DNA of 63,914 nucleotides, counting the filler, from Octopus bimaculoides (Eukaryota): assembly GCF_001194135.2 (NCBI RefSeq). It is 6 parts of 5 records of this genome, joined end to end, with 100 filler letters (N's around TTAATTAATTAA, not from the genome) between each part and the next. Parts side by side here need not be neighbours in the genome. Positions count along the whole stretch, not along the records: positions 42,237 to 63,914 come from NC_068996.1; 5 more parts are not named here. One strand, given 5' to 3'. This document shows, piece by piece, positions 53,096 through 63,914 of this stretch. How positions within the stretch are numbered: position 1 is the stretch's first letter; each line of letters starts with the position of its first letter. Made by a program: the position numbers and the translations under genes. The notes below the pieces were generated by a model. It saw nothing but the letters and a program-made list of their open reading frames with translations, was not told where the DNA came from and did no database searches.

Positions 53096-53164
<69 letters not shown>

Positions 53165-53390
53165 GAGTGTGTATATTTTTGTGTTTGTCCCCACCCCATT
53201 ACCACTTGACAACCAGTGTTGAAGTATTTACATCCCTGTAACCTAGTGGTTTGGCAAAAGAGACCGATAGAATAAGTACTAGGCTTACAAAGAGTAAGTC
53301 CTGGGGTCGACTTGTTTGACTAAAACCCTTGAAGGCAGTGCTCCAGCATGGCTTCAGTTAAAAGACTGAAACAAGTAAAAGAATAACAGA
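53165..53390 (+). mobile_element. SINE family A, 3' half
   Basis: Family A tail sequence. Confidence 0.8.
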
Positions 53391-53401
53391 ATATATATAT
53401 A

Positions 53402-53790
53402 CTAGCACTATAGCCTGGCTTCGCATGGGATGAAGTTAAGATTACCTGAGTAATACCATCAATTGAGGCAAATTTTGTTTCCAGACGTAAGTTTTGTAAT
53501 AGGAATAGAGACGGCTATCTTCTTCCGCAGAGATGTAAGAGTCAGATCTCTCCTTTCGAAAACATGAACAGCTTCGTGACATTGTTTACAAAATAATAGC
53601 TGATCGTTTGCGAAGGAGCGTATCTACAGTGAACACTTAGGATTTTTGCTCTGGTAACTTCTGCACTCTCCCATGTTCATGCACGACCAGCTATATGTCG
53701 CTATGAGTAGAGCAACGGATTCAGCGAATTTGGAAATTAGTTGTGGAGAAATGGAAAATATCGTTTATATTGTGTATCACTCACTAAAAA
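53402..53790 (+). mobile_element. Helitron/Helentron-like fragment with Pif1 helicase C-terminal motif
   Basis: PMFMHDQLYVAMSRAT ~ PVFSHGQLYVALSR (helicase motif VI) then ENIVY; starts ctagcactatagcctggcttcgc. Confidence 0.7.
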
Positions 53791-54102
53791 GACAAAATTT
53801 TAAAAACCTGTTGTCTCTCTCTCTCACTCACTTTACACCATCGCTAGAAGGGACTTAACTCATGTTTGCAAATGGTGTACTTCTCCGACTTGAAAATTGT
53901 TAGAAGTTATGGTTTAAAATTATTTTTAATGCAAAAATTCACCTGTTAGGAAGGAAGAAAAAATAAATAAATGGGCGATTCTGGGCATTTTTGACCATGA
54001 GGAATCCATTAGTTCAACTCTCAAATTGCTATCTTCTAAGGTGTGGATTTCTATAGATGCAACACGTACACACTCACTAACTCAGCTTTACAATATGTAC
54101 TG

Positions 54103-54129
<27 letters not shown>

Positions 54130-54133
<4 letters not shown>

Positions 54134-54984
54134 GTGTGATGGGTAAATTGTCGTCATTTTATATTTTTGCTTTTGCACATTGTTTGTTTTTGATTTTTTG
54201 ATGACTACACAGTATAGTAGGGTCAGTTGGGCACCGTCTGTGAGAAAAACAGCACCACGATGCAATTTGCTCTGCCAGAAATTTGGAAACAACATGTTAT
54301 ACTGCTTGGCATTTGCACCGGAAGCTCCAATATGAACATTTCAGAGTGTTTGGGTGTCACTCTGAGGACATGTACTGAGAGTCATAAAAATCAAACATCT
54401 AGTCAACATCATGGGGTTTAGAGTGGTCACCAGTGATGGCGATGTTATGCCTCCATTCATCTTCCCACACAGCTTCAGACTCAACACGGAAGCCTGCATC
54501 AAGTGCCTGGATGATGTAATGCTGCCCTGAGTCAGTAGGCTGTTGGAAGACCCTATGTCTGGCAACAGGAGAACACACAAGCAGGAGAACCCAGTCATGG
54601 CTGTCAGACAATTTCTGCGACCACATCACCCCTAACATCTGGCCACCTAACTCCCCAGACTATAATCCCCTTGATTATTATGTGTCAGGCATGGTTGGGT
54701 GAGAGACCAACAAAACTCCCCGTAACACCAAAGATGAATTGAAGGCAAGGATTATGGTAGTATTCACCAACTTAAACAAGGAAACCATCCAGCAGAGTTG
54801 TAGGAGATTCTGAAGTTGTTTGGAGGCTGTGGTTGGAGCCAATGGTGATTTTATTGAATAAATTTACTCTTTAGCATTTCAAGATATTTTTATGTAATTT
54901 TGGTGAATATATCAGTTAAAATGAGATATTAGTGTTATTTTCATTTTTGCATAATTTAGACAACAGTTTATTCACCGCACCCTG
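54130..54984 (+). mobile_element. Internally deleted IS630-Tc1-mariner element (maT/DD37D-like)
   Basis: VVTSDGDVMPPFIF, VWQQ, IWPPNSPDYNPLDYY motifs; degenerate TIRs cagagtgtgatgggtaaattgtcgtc / gacaacagtttattcaccgcaccctg; TA flanks. Confidence 0.85.
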
Positions 54985-56392
54985 TATATATGTTATCTGA
55001 AATGTAGAATTAATTAGTCCTGTTGAATGTTACCGAATGTAATTAATTCATCTTGTCAAATTTACTCTGCTCATTACTTCTGAGTGATATATGTCTTGTC
55101 AGAAGGTCATATAACTCAGATAGTTAACAGGGGTGACAGAAGGGCAAATTCATTTTGAAGTCTGTTTGAACAGGCTTAATTGAAGACGCAACAGGAACTT
55201 CATAATGAATTCAGTTTGAACAGAGCTCTTTCTGTCATCTAGAAGTAAATGGCATAAAAGTAGATATTTGGCAAATCATGGCTACAATGATTGTTTGTAT
55301 ATTATTTAACAACTAGTGAGAAAGAATTCTATGCATTTTGAAGAAATGCATAGAATGTGTATTTATTTTAACTTGTTACGTAAGCAGTTTTACCTCTGAA
55401 TTACCAGTGAATCTATCAATAAGTAGTGTAAAATGTGGCTGAGGAAGAAAATATCCTGTCTGTAGAGCCCCTCACAAAATATGTATTGTTTAGAAACAGA
55501 CCAGTTCTAAGACACCATTTACAGGTATCAGTAAAAATAAAACAGACAAGAAATATACAGACTGTTAGGTTAATATATTGTTTTTCTGATTTTCCTGAAA
55601 GTATAAGAGATAACTCTGGACATGTTTGTGTATTAGTATCTTATTCTGCCCTCCTTAGTGCAGCATAGAACTCACCATACATGCCAAACTTGTTGTGGAG
55701 GAGAAATCATTTGCTACTAATATAGGGTTGTGCATTTATTGACTTTCTTATGGATTTATTTCTTTGGTGATGCCATTCATATAGAAATCACTGACTCTTT
55801 CATTAATCTAGTAAATATTAAAAAAAAAAAAAAAAAAACTACTCTTTACTGAGGAAATCAGAATAATACTGGAACAGAAAAATAAAATGAGATAATACTC
55901 TATGTTTGTTCCACTTTATAGTATTTCTAGTCTTTTCTTTTTGGTTTACAGGTCACATGCGTTAACCACTACATTTATTATTACCAACATAACCTGTATT
56001 GTTCAGTTGTCAACAGCAAGTCCCTCCTCAATACAAGCACCTGTATATAGAAAACTAATTAAGTTAAGCACCCATGTGGAACATGTAAAAGCACTCAATA
56101 CACTCTGTAAAATGATTGGTATTAGGAAGTGGGGTATCCAGCCATAGGAACTCTGCCAAAACAGACTGGAGTCTGGTGCAGCTCCTCAGCTTACCAGCTT
56201 TGTTCACACCATCCAAGTGGACATTAAAAAATGATGATGATGATTCAAGTGATAAGGAAATTGCGACCTGAATGAATGCACAAAGGAAGAAACTCAAAAG
56301 CAGTAATGGAATGAATGACTTGCTATAACTGAAGAAACTCTACCAGACGTATTTAACACTCTATGCACACATATGCACGCACACACGCGCGT

Positions 56393-56428
<36 letters not shown>

Positions 56429-57103
56429 ACAAGCTAAAAAGCCAGTTCTAAAATTCCTCTTAGAGATGATCGCAGTAGTTATACTAGCAAGTAATGTTTG
56501 TAGCCACTTCTACATGGCTGTTTTCATTTGAACTGACTTTACTGTGATTTTTTAACCCCAAGAGGACATCTCCTCTAGCTGGTTAACGATGCACAGCTGC
56601 TTCCAAGATATTGCCAACAGAGGAGCGAACCTCTACCACCTTTTAAGGACAGGACCAACAGACCAGCCTGATTTTGGGCTATTTTTGCCTCCCTTCAATA
56701 CTAAAAACTTTGCCTACTAGAGATGGCAGTAGTTCACCTCTGTCCACAATATATATAAATTCAAGTGAACACACAGTTGCTGATTTTGCAACAAGCAAAA
56801 AAGCCAGTTCTAAAATTCCTTTTGGAGATGATCACAGCTGTTGTACTAGCAAGTAATGTTTGTAGCCACTTCAACATGGCTGTTTCCATTTGAACTGATT
56901 TTACTGTGATTTTTTAACCCCAAGAGGACATCTCCTCTAGCTGGTTAACAATGCACAGCTGCATCTGATATATTGCGAGCAAGGGAACAAACTCCTACCA
57001 CCTTCTAGCAATGGGACCAGCATATCAGTCTGGTTTCACACCATTTCTGCATCCCTTCAGTACAGGACACCTCGTCTGCTAGAGATGGCAGTAGCTCACC
57101 TCT
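56429..57103 (+). repeat. Direct tandem duplication, period 362 bp
   Basis: 56429-56741 vs 56791-57103; first 172 bp differ at ~11 positions. Confidence 0.9.
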
Positions 57104-57770
57104 ATTGGATGCAGCTGTTGTCATGCTTCAAACAGCTTACATGGCTACTGCCATGAGCATCTCTCTCTGTTATATCTATCATCATGTTACTATCCTGCTG
57201 CCAGCATCCCTCTAGCTTCCCCAACTCATGCACACCCTCTCCTCAACCCTTCCCAGTTTTTACAGATGTTGCTTCTCTCCCACTTTCCTCACATCTCTTC
57301 CCCCATACACTTTTGCAAACCCCACACCCACTGTTGCTCCTCCTACCCAGTGTGCCACCAAGACACCTCATCACCACTGTCTGTCTCTTTCAATTTATTC
57401 TTACTTTGTCTTTCCTAAATGTAAGTAGCCATGTAACTCCTCTACAACAAGGACCTGCTCCACTTCAACCTTTTCCATCATACTTTAACCCCCATCTAAC
57501 ATAATGATGCAGGACTCCTCTTCTTTGGGGTTACATTTGAGCAATATGGTGATCTCTGTAGCACTGGCAGCACAGAAAAATCACACACTATATGCTTATA
57601 AAACAGTTTGCATTATAAAAGGACATCCAGCCACAGAAATCATGCCAAAGCAGACACTGGAGCATGATGCTGGCTTTGGATTCATCAGATCTTTGTCAAA
57701 TGGTCCAGCATGGAAAAAAGGGGACTTTAAATAATGATGATAATGATGATTTACACACACACACACATTC

Positions 57771-57969
57771 TCTTTTACTTGCTTCAGTCATTTGACTGTG
57801 GCCATGCTGAAGCACCACCTTTAGTCGAGCAAATCGACCCCAGGACTTATTCCTTGTAAGCCTAGTACTTATTCTATTGATCTCTTTTGCCGAACCGCTA
57901 AGTTACAGGGACATAAACACATCAGCATCGGTTGTAAAGCGATGTTGGAGGGGACAAACACAGACACAA

Positions 57970-57980
<11 letters not shown>
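57771..57980 (-). mobile_element. SINE family A, 3' half
   Basis: Family A tail in antisense orientation. Confidence 0.85.
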
Positions 57981-58002
<22 letters not shown>

Positions 58003-58817
58003 NNNNNNNNNNNNNNNNNNNNNNNNNNNNNNNNNNNNNNNNNNNNNNNNNNNNNNNNNNNNNNNNNNNNNNNNNNNNNNNNNNNNNNNNNNNNNNNNNN
58101 NNNNNNNNNNNNNNNNNNNNNNNNNNNNNNNNNNNNNNNNNNNNNNNNNNNNNNNNNNNNNNNNNNNNNNNNNNNNNNNNNNNNNNNNNNNNNNNNNNNN
58201 NNNNNNNNNNNNNNNNNNNNNNNNNNNNNNNNNNNNNNNNNNNNNNNNNNNNNNNNNNNNNNNNNNNNNNNNNNNNNNNNNNNNNNNNNNNNNNNNNNNN
58301 NNNNNNNNNNNNNNNNNNNNNNNNNNNNNNNNNNNNNNNNNNNNNNNNNNNNNNNNNNNNNNNNNNNNNNNNNNNNNNNNNNNNNTATATATATATATAT
58401 TTTTTATCTGTATTTACTTTGTTGTTACAGATTGCGTTTTATATTTATTTTCATTTCTTTCTTCCATTTCCTTTCAAAAATGACGATGACCATTATTGCA
58501 TTAATGAATGTTATCAGTCTCTTATAAATGTCAGGAATACATTGAAGATAAATGAAATAACTCAATGATAAAAATCATTTGCATATTTTTCTTTTCATAT
58601 CCCCCTCGCCCCCTCTTTGTTATCTTTTCCTTTTCTTCTTTCATTTCAATGTTTTTGGCAATTTTTGTGAACATAGTTTCCCATATCTCTATATTTTTAT
58701 CATGTTTTCTCATCTTTGCTTTGTATAGAGTTTTTCTTTTTTTTTCTAATTTCAGTTTTTCTACATTTTTTATATTATTTTATTATAGTATTTTATTTTT
58801 TTTTAAATTTCTTTCAG

Positions 58818-58901
58818 CAGCCTGATTCAGATGTCAAGCTTCTTAGAAAGCAGAGCCTTGATGAAATATCTCGTGGGAAAATAGAAGAAGAACTGAAGCA
58901 G
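58818..58901 (+). CDS. STIM1: STIM coding exon, CC1 end (QPDSDVKLLRKQSLDEISRGKIEEELKQ), phase 0-0
   Basis: Long polypyrimidine tract, tttcag|cag acceptor, cag|gtattc donor; EEELKQ matches human STIM1 EEELEQ; joins in frame to 63542. Symbol used as family label: a single invertebrate STIM is likely. Confidence 0.8.
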
Positions 58902-59108
58902 GTATTCAAGAATTCTTTATTGTTTTCTTTCATCTAACAGAGAAGTAAAGTAGTGCTTCACAAAAGCACTCTTTCGTTTCCATGCCAACTTCCTTTCTTT
59001 CTTTTAAAGCAACTCATTTTGTCAGATGACAATTCCAATATAAGTTACTTGTTTACCTATGTTGCTTGCCCATGCATATATAAAAAAATATTGTCCTTTC
59101 TCTTTTTT

Positions 59109-59485
59109 AGGCACAGGAGTGGGTGTGTGGTAAGTAGCTTGCTTACGAACCACATGGTTCCGGGTTCAGTCCCACTGCATGGCACCTTGGGCAAGTGTCT
59201 TCTACTATAGCCTCGGGCTGACCAAAGCCTTGTGAGTGGATTTGATAGACGGAAACTAAAAGAAGCCCGTCATATATATGTATGTGTGTCTGTGTTTGTC
59301 CCCACACCATTGCTTGACAACTGATGCTGGTGTGTTTACGTCCCCATAACTTAGTGGTTCGGCAAAAAGAGACCAATAGAATAAGTACCAAGCTTACAAA
59401 GAATAAGTCCTGGGGTTGATTTTCTTGACTAAAGGCGGTGCTCCAGCATGGCCACAGTCAAATGACTGAAACGAGTAAAAGAGTA
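59109..59485 (+). mobile_element. SINE family A, full length
   Basis: Head aggcacaggagtgggtgtgtggtaag...ggttcagtccc through tail gagtaaaagagta. Confidence 0.9.
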
Positions 59486-59609
59486 CTGCTTGGTGCCTTG
59501 GGCAAGTGTCTTCTACTTTGACCTCAGGCCAACCAAAGCCTTGTGAGTGAATTCAGTCAACAGAAACTGAAAAGAAGCCCGTCGCATTTGTCTGTGTGTT
59601 TACATGTGT

Positions 59610-59990
59610 ATGTGGCTTTGTGGTAAGAAGCTTGATTCCTAACCACATCATTCTGGGTTCAGTTCCACTGAGTGGTATCTTGGGCAAGTGTCTTCTACTA
59701 TAACCTCAGGCTGACCATAGCCTTGTGAGTAGATTTGGTAGATGGAAACTGAAAGAAGCCCATCGTATATGTGTGTGTGTCTTTGTGCCTGTGCTTGTCT
59801 CCCACAACCACTTGACAGCTGTTGTTGGTGTGTTTACGTCACCATAACTTAGCAGTTCAGCAAAAGAGAACGGTAGAATGAGTACTAGACTCTAAAAAAA
59901 AAAAGCTCCTGGGGTCGATTTGTTTGACTAAAACCCTTCAAGGTGGTGCCTCAGCATGGCCATAGTCAAATGACTGAAACAGGTAGAAGG
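59610..59990 (+). mobile_element. SINE family A
   Basis: Family A head and tail. Confidence 0.85.
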
Positions 59991-60441
59991 AAGAAAACAA
60001 ATATAACTGTGGCATCCTGTGGATATCATGACTTGTGTGTGATTCTGATTTAAGTGAACCAGTTGTACAATGTCACCCTCTCTGTTTTGATCCAGAAATA
60101 TATCAAGATTGAGACAAATGGAGCTGGGTCTAGATCAGGCCTGGCCAACTCTAATTACAAGTTTTTCGAGGGCTGCTTGTATACTTTATGCACAAATAGT
60201 CAAATGGTCAAATTACAGAATCAAGAATTTTTCATACTTTTCATTTGTTTAAAATTATAAAAATTGTAGGCTATTGCTTTATTGCCACTTATAAATTTGA
60301 CCAAGTTTTGCGAAGAACACCTTTTGGACTGTTAGCTCTGCCATTATTTTTATCCACCCTGTATGCTGGGGTTAGTCTTTACATATATATATATATATAT
60401 ATATATTTTAGGCTTGATAGGTACATGAACTAGTGGTTAGG

Positions 60442-60612
60442 GCAGTGGTTCCCAACCTTTTCACTACCAAGGACAAGTGTCTTCTACTTTTATTTAAATG
60501 AGTTTACCTACGGACCCCAGGATATATAAAGATCTGTCAGCTTAACATGTTCACAGAGCCCCAGTACTACCTTTGTGGACCACCAGGGGTCTGTGGGCCA
60601 CAGGTTGGGTTT
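60442..60612. mobile_element. hAT-like MITE remnant
   Basis: cagtggttcccaacc left end; caggttggg partial right end. Confidence 0.5.
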
Positions 60613-61151
60613 TATGCTCATTTACAGAGTGGCATTCCTTTCGGTCACTTACACGTTATGGAAAGTGGTCTGTAAGGGCTCAGTGGTATTTTTCCCAGCC
60701 CTTTATTATCTGAGTTCAAGTCCTGCTGATGTCGACTTTGCTTTTTTATCCTTTTGTGGATTGATAAAATAATTATCATTTGAACAGTGGGATCAATAAA
60801 ATCAACTAATATCCTCCCTCTTATATATATATATAAATATATATATATATATTTATATATATAAAGACTAAACCCGGTGTACAGGGTGGATAAAATTTGG
60901 AACCATCATCATTGTCATCGTCGTCATCATGGTGGCAAGCTGGCAGAATTGCCACCATGCAGGATGAAATGCTTAATGGCATTTTGTCAATCTTTATGTT
61001 CTGGGTTCAAATTCCACTGAAATCAGCTTTACCTTTAATCCTTTCAGAGTTAGTGAAATAAGCACCTGTTGAGCACTGGGATCCATGCAATCAGCTTACC
61101 CTTTCTACAAAATTTTGGGCCTTGTGCCTATAGTAAAAAGAATTGTTGTTG

Positions 61152-61186
<35 letters not shown>

Positions 61187-61562
61187 GTTCAGTAGTTTTA
61201 TTTTTATAACGTGCTTTCACTTCACTACCGAGCGCAGCTCTGTGCGCCTTGGGTATGTGCTGTGGTTTGCTGTGGTGCTCTTATGTTTACTGTATTGAAA
61301 GTGTTTTGCGTAGAATGTGTGCAGTACCCAGTAGTGCAATTTTCTGTATGTTATATATATTTGTAAGTCCTGGTGTTTTTGTTATGTATTTGTCTGAATA
61401 TTTTTTTATTATACCTAAGGCACCTACTATGATAGGAATTGTTTCTGTTTTTAGATTCCACATTCGAGTTATCTCTATTTCCAGGTCTTTGTATTTTGAA
61501 AGTTTTTCCATTTCTTTTAGAGAAACGTTGTCATCTGCTGGTATTGATACATCAATTAGAAT
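61187..61562 (-). mobile_element. Short 5'-truncated R4/Dong-like copy (RLE endonuclease plus 3'UTR)
   Basis: ILIDVSIPADDNVSLKEMEKLSKYKDLEIEITRMW...LGTAHILRKTLSIQ*; same family as 11801-13320; (TTA)n on both sides. Confidence 0.9.
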
Positions 61563-61581
61563 ATTATTATTATTATTATTA

Positions 61582-62045
61582 CGGCGGTGAGCTGGCAGAA
61601 TCATTAGCACGCCGGGTGAAATGCTTAACGGTATTTTGCCCATCGCTATGTTCTGAGTTCAAATTCCACTAAGGTCAACTTTGCCTTTCATTCTTTCGGG
61701 GTTGATAAATTGAGTACCAATGAAACAGTGGGATTGATATAATCAACTAGTCCTCTCCCTGAAATTTCAAGCTTTGTACCTATAGCAAAAAGGCTTATTA
61801 TTACTATTATTATTATCATTATTATTATCAAGGTGGCGGACCAGCAGAATCATTAGCATGCCAGGTGAAATGTTTAGCAGTATTTCGTCTGTCTCTATGT
61901 TCTGAGTTCAAATTCCGTTGAAGTCAACTTTGCCTTTCATCCTTTCAGGGTTGATAAATTAAGTACCATTTAAATATTAAGGTCCACGGGATCAATTGTC
62001 CCCCTCCCCACAAAAATCCAGGCTTTGTGTCTATAATAGAAAGGA
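61582..62045 (+). mobile_element. Two tandem SINE family B copies separated by (TTA)n
   Basis: ggcggtgagctggcagaatc... and ggtggcggaccagcagaatc... each with a B box gagttcaaattcc. Confidence 0.85.
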
Positions 62046-62087
62046 TTACTATTATTATTATGTTTATTATCATTTTTATTATTATTA

Positions 62088-62392
62088 GTCGACTTGACTT
62101 GACCCAGGAAGAATATATGTGGGTAGCAGGTTACTACCTGTAACCTTAGATATCCACATGACTTCAATGAGCCACCAGTGTTCTGAACCCTTTTGGTGAT
62201 CTTTTCTCTCCTTAGAGACAAACCTTCTGTAGAAGCTCTGCGGGACATTCCATTCCAGTCACCTGCAACCGTTTGTCTGTGTCATCACTCACAATCCCGA
62301 CTTCACAAATTATCACAGGTGTAATCTTTACAGATTTCATGCTCCAAATTCTAGCAATCTCAAATTTTAGGGGTTGTAGATATCTTATTTCT
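62088..62392 (-). mobile_element. RLE LINE 3' fragment of a second subfamily
   Basis: YLQPLKFEIARIWSMKSVKITPVII...ELLQKVCL ~ RLE C-terminus. Confidence 0.7.
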
Positions 62393-62616
62393 TTACTGCC
62401 CACAAGGGGCTAAACACAGAGGGGACAAACAAGGACAGACAAAGGGATTAAGTCCATTACATCGACCCCAGTGCGTAACTGGTACTTATTTAATCGACTC
62501 CGAAAGGATGAAAGGCATGTCGACCTCAGCGGAATTTGAACTCAGAACGTAGCGGGAGACGAAATACCGCTAAGCATTTCGCCCGGTGTGCTAACGGTTC
62601 TGCCAGCTCACCACCT
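62389..62616 (-). mobile_element. SINE family B, full length
   Basis: Reverse complement of the 43517-43748 type. Confidence 0.85.
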
Positions 62617-63541
62617 TGATATCTACCAACTTCTATATCATTTGTCTGTCTGTCTGTTTGTTGGTCTATCTCTGAGTGAATCTTGGAGAAATATTTTGTA
62701 GAACCTATTGAGTTATATTTGTGTAAACTTTGACGCTAAACAAGTATCGTAATAACGATGTGTAAAGTCAACTTTAGCATGAATATTTGATATATTTTCC
62801 CTTAAAAAACTCATACAGTTGCTGCTCACTTCTGATTTGTAGTGTCATTGATATCATATTGATTTGAGAACAAAGTGTAGCTCATTGTGCTCTGAACAAT
62901 CTAATTATCCAATGTGTGAAATGTTAGAAGCATAAATATTCTTCTGTTACACACACATACCACATCACAAAGGGAAAAGTGTTTGTGTATATATATACAG
63001 ATCAGCCTGACACTTATAAAAGGTGCAATGTCAATTATTTGAGAGGAGGGGAACTTAGTGTTGGTTGAAAAACTGTGTGATTTTGCATATGCCTGTGGAG
63101 ATGTATGTGTGTGTGTCTGTGTGTGCATCTGTGTTTAGATTTTGTGGCTCTATGTGCATGCATGCGTATATCTATTTGTGTGTAACCTGAATGTGTATGT
63201 GAGTATAGTTTTGTGTAGCTTTGTATGTAAACACACACATGCACATGCAGGGTTACACCCAAATAGTTATAGACATATGCACACATATGCATGTAGTCAC
63301 GTAAATCTATTCACAGATGCATACTCAAACATGTGTACATACACACATACATCTACACAGACATATACAAAATCACACTCTAGTTTTTCAACTCACATCA
63401 AGCTCCCTTCCCCTCAAATAATTGCCATTGTAGATTGTATGAGACCAATCCTCTCTCTATATAGCTATCTGTGTGTGTGTTTGGAGATTAATTTTGTTGT
63501 GAGAGGATAATGCCCTACCTTGTTACTGTTTGTACTTTCAG

Positions 63542-63709
63542 GTGAAAGCAAATTTGAGAAAGGCAGAAAAAGAGCTTGAAAGCCGGCAGTGGTCATCAGC
63601 ACCAGCAGACTTACAGAAATGGCTTCAACTAACTTACGAAATAGAACTACAACACCATAATAATAAGAAGCTAGCGGCTGAGAATCAACTGAGAGAAGCA
63701 CGAGATTGT
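63542..63709 (+). CDS. STIM1: STIM coding exon, CC1a3 end and SOAR/CAD helix 1 (VKANLRKAEKELES...QKWLQLTYEIE...LREARDC), phase 0-0
   Basis: tttcag|GTG acceptor, TGT|gtaagt donor; 56 codons, equal in length to human STIM1 V324-G379 as recalled (~32/56 identical; LRKAEKELES and LQKWLQLT exact). Confidence 0.95.
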
Positions 63710-63779
63710 GTAAGTTGAGATGAACGTAGTTGTCAGTGTGTGATATTTTGTTATATGGTGTGTAGTGTATGTCATGCAA

Positions 63780-63914
63780 TTTATGCTGTATGTGGTGCAT
63801 AATGTGTTGTGCGTGTGGTGTGTAATGTATGTTGCGTGCAGTGTGTAATGTATGTTGTGTGCGGTGTGTAATGTATGTTGTGTGCGGTGTGTAATGTATG
63901 TTGTGTGCGGTGTG
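63780..63914. repeat. 23-bp minisatellite (tgtatgttgtgtgcggtgtgtaa)n
   Basis: Directly visible; runs to the window end. Confidence 0.85.

Overview
AT-rich, microsatellite-saturated animal genomic scaffold with many N gaps. The repeat families look like those of an octopus-type cephalopod genome (inference). The only confidently recognised gene is STIM, the ER Ca2+ sensor: two + strand exons near the right end (58818-58901, CC1; 63542-63709, CC1/SOAR-CAD). Its EF-hand, SAM and TM exons were not found in the readable sequence upstream. Two weak first-exon candidates exist (1818-1782 on -, 21943-21987 on +). The rest is transposon-derived: R4/Dong-like RLE LINEs in (AAT)n, RTE LINE relics, Penelope (GIY-YIG) fragments, Tc1/mariner and maT relics, MITEs, Helitron fragments and several tRNA-derived SINE families. 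The most interesting signal is four minimal hammerhead-ribozyme motifs, each with a palindromic helix III. One has an intact core and sits inside a tRNA-headed SINE-like element; a second copy of that element's tail begins 1 nt downstream of the predicted cleavage site. All alignments were done by eye against remembered family motifs; no searches were run. Repeat boundaries are approximate.
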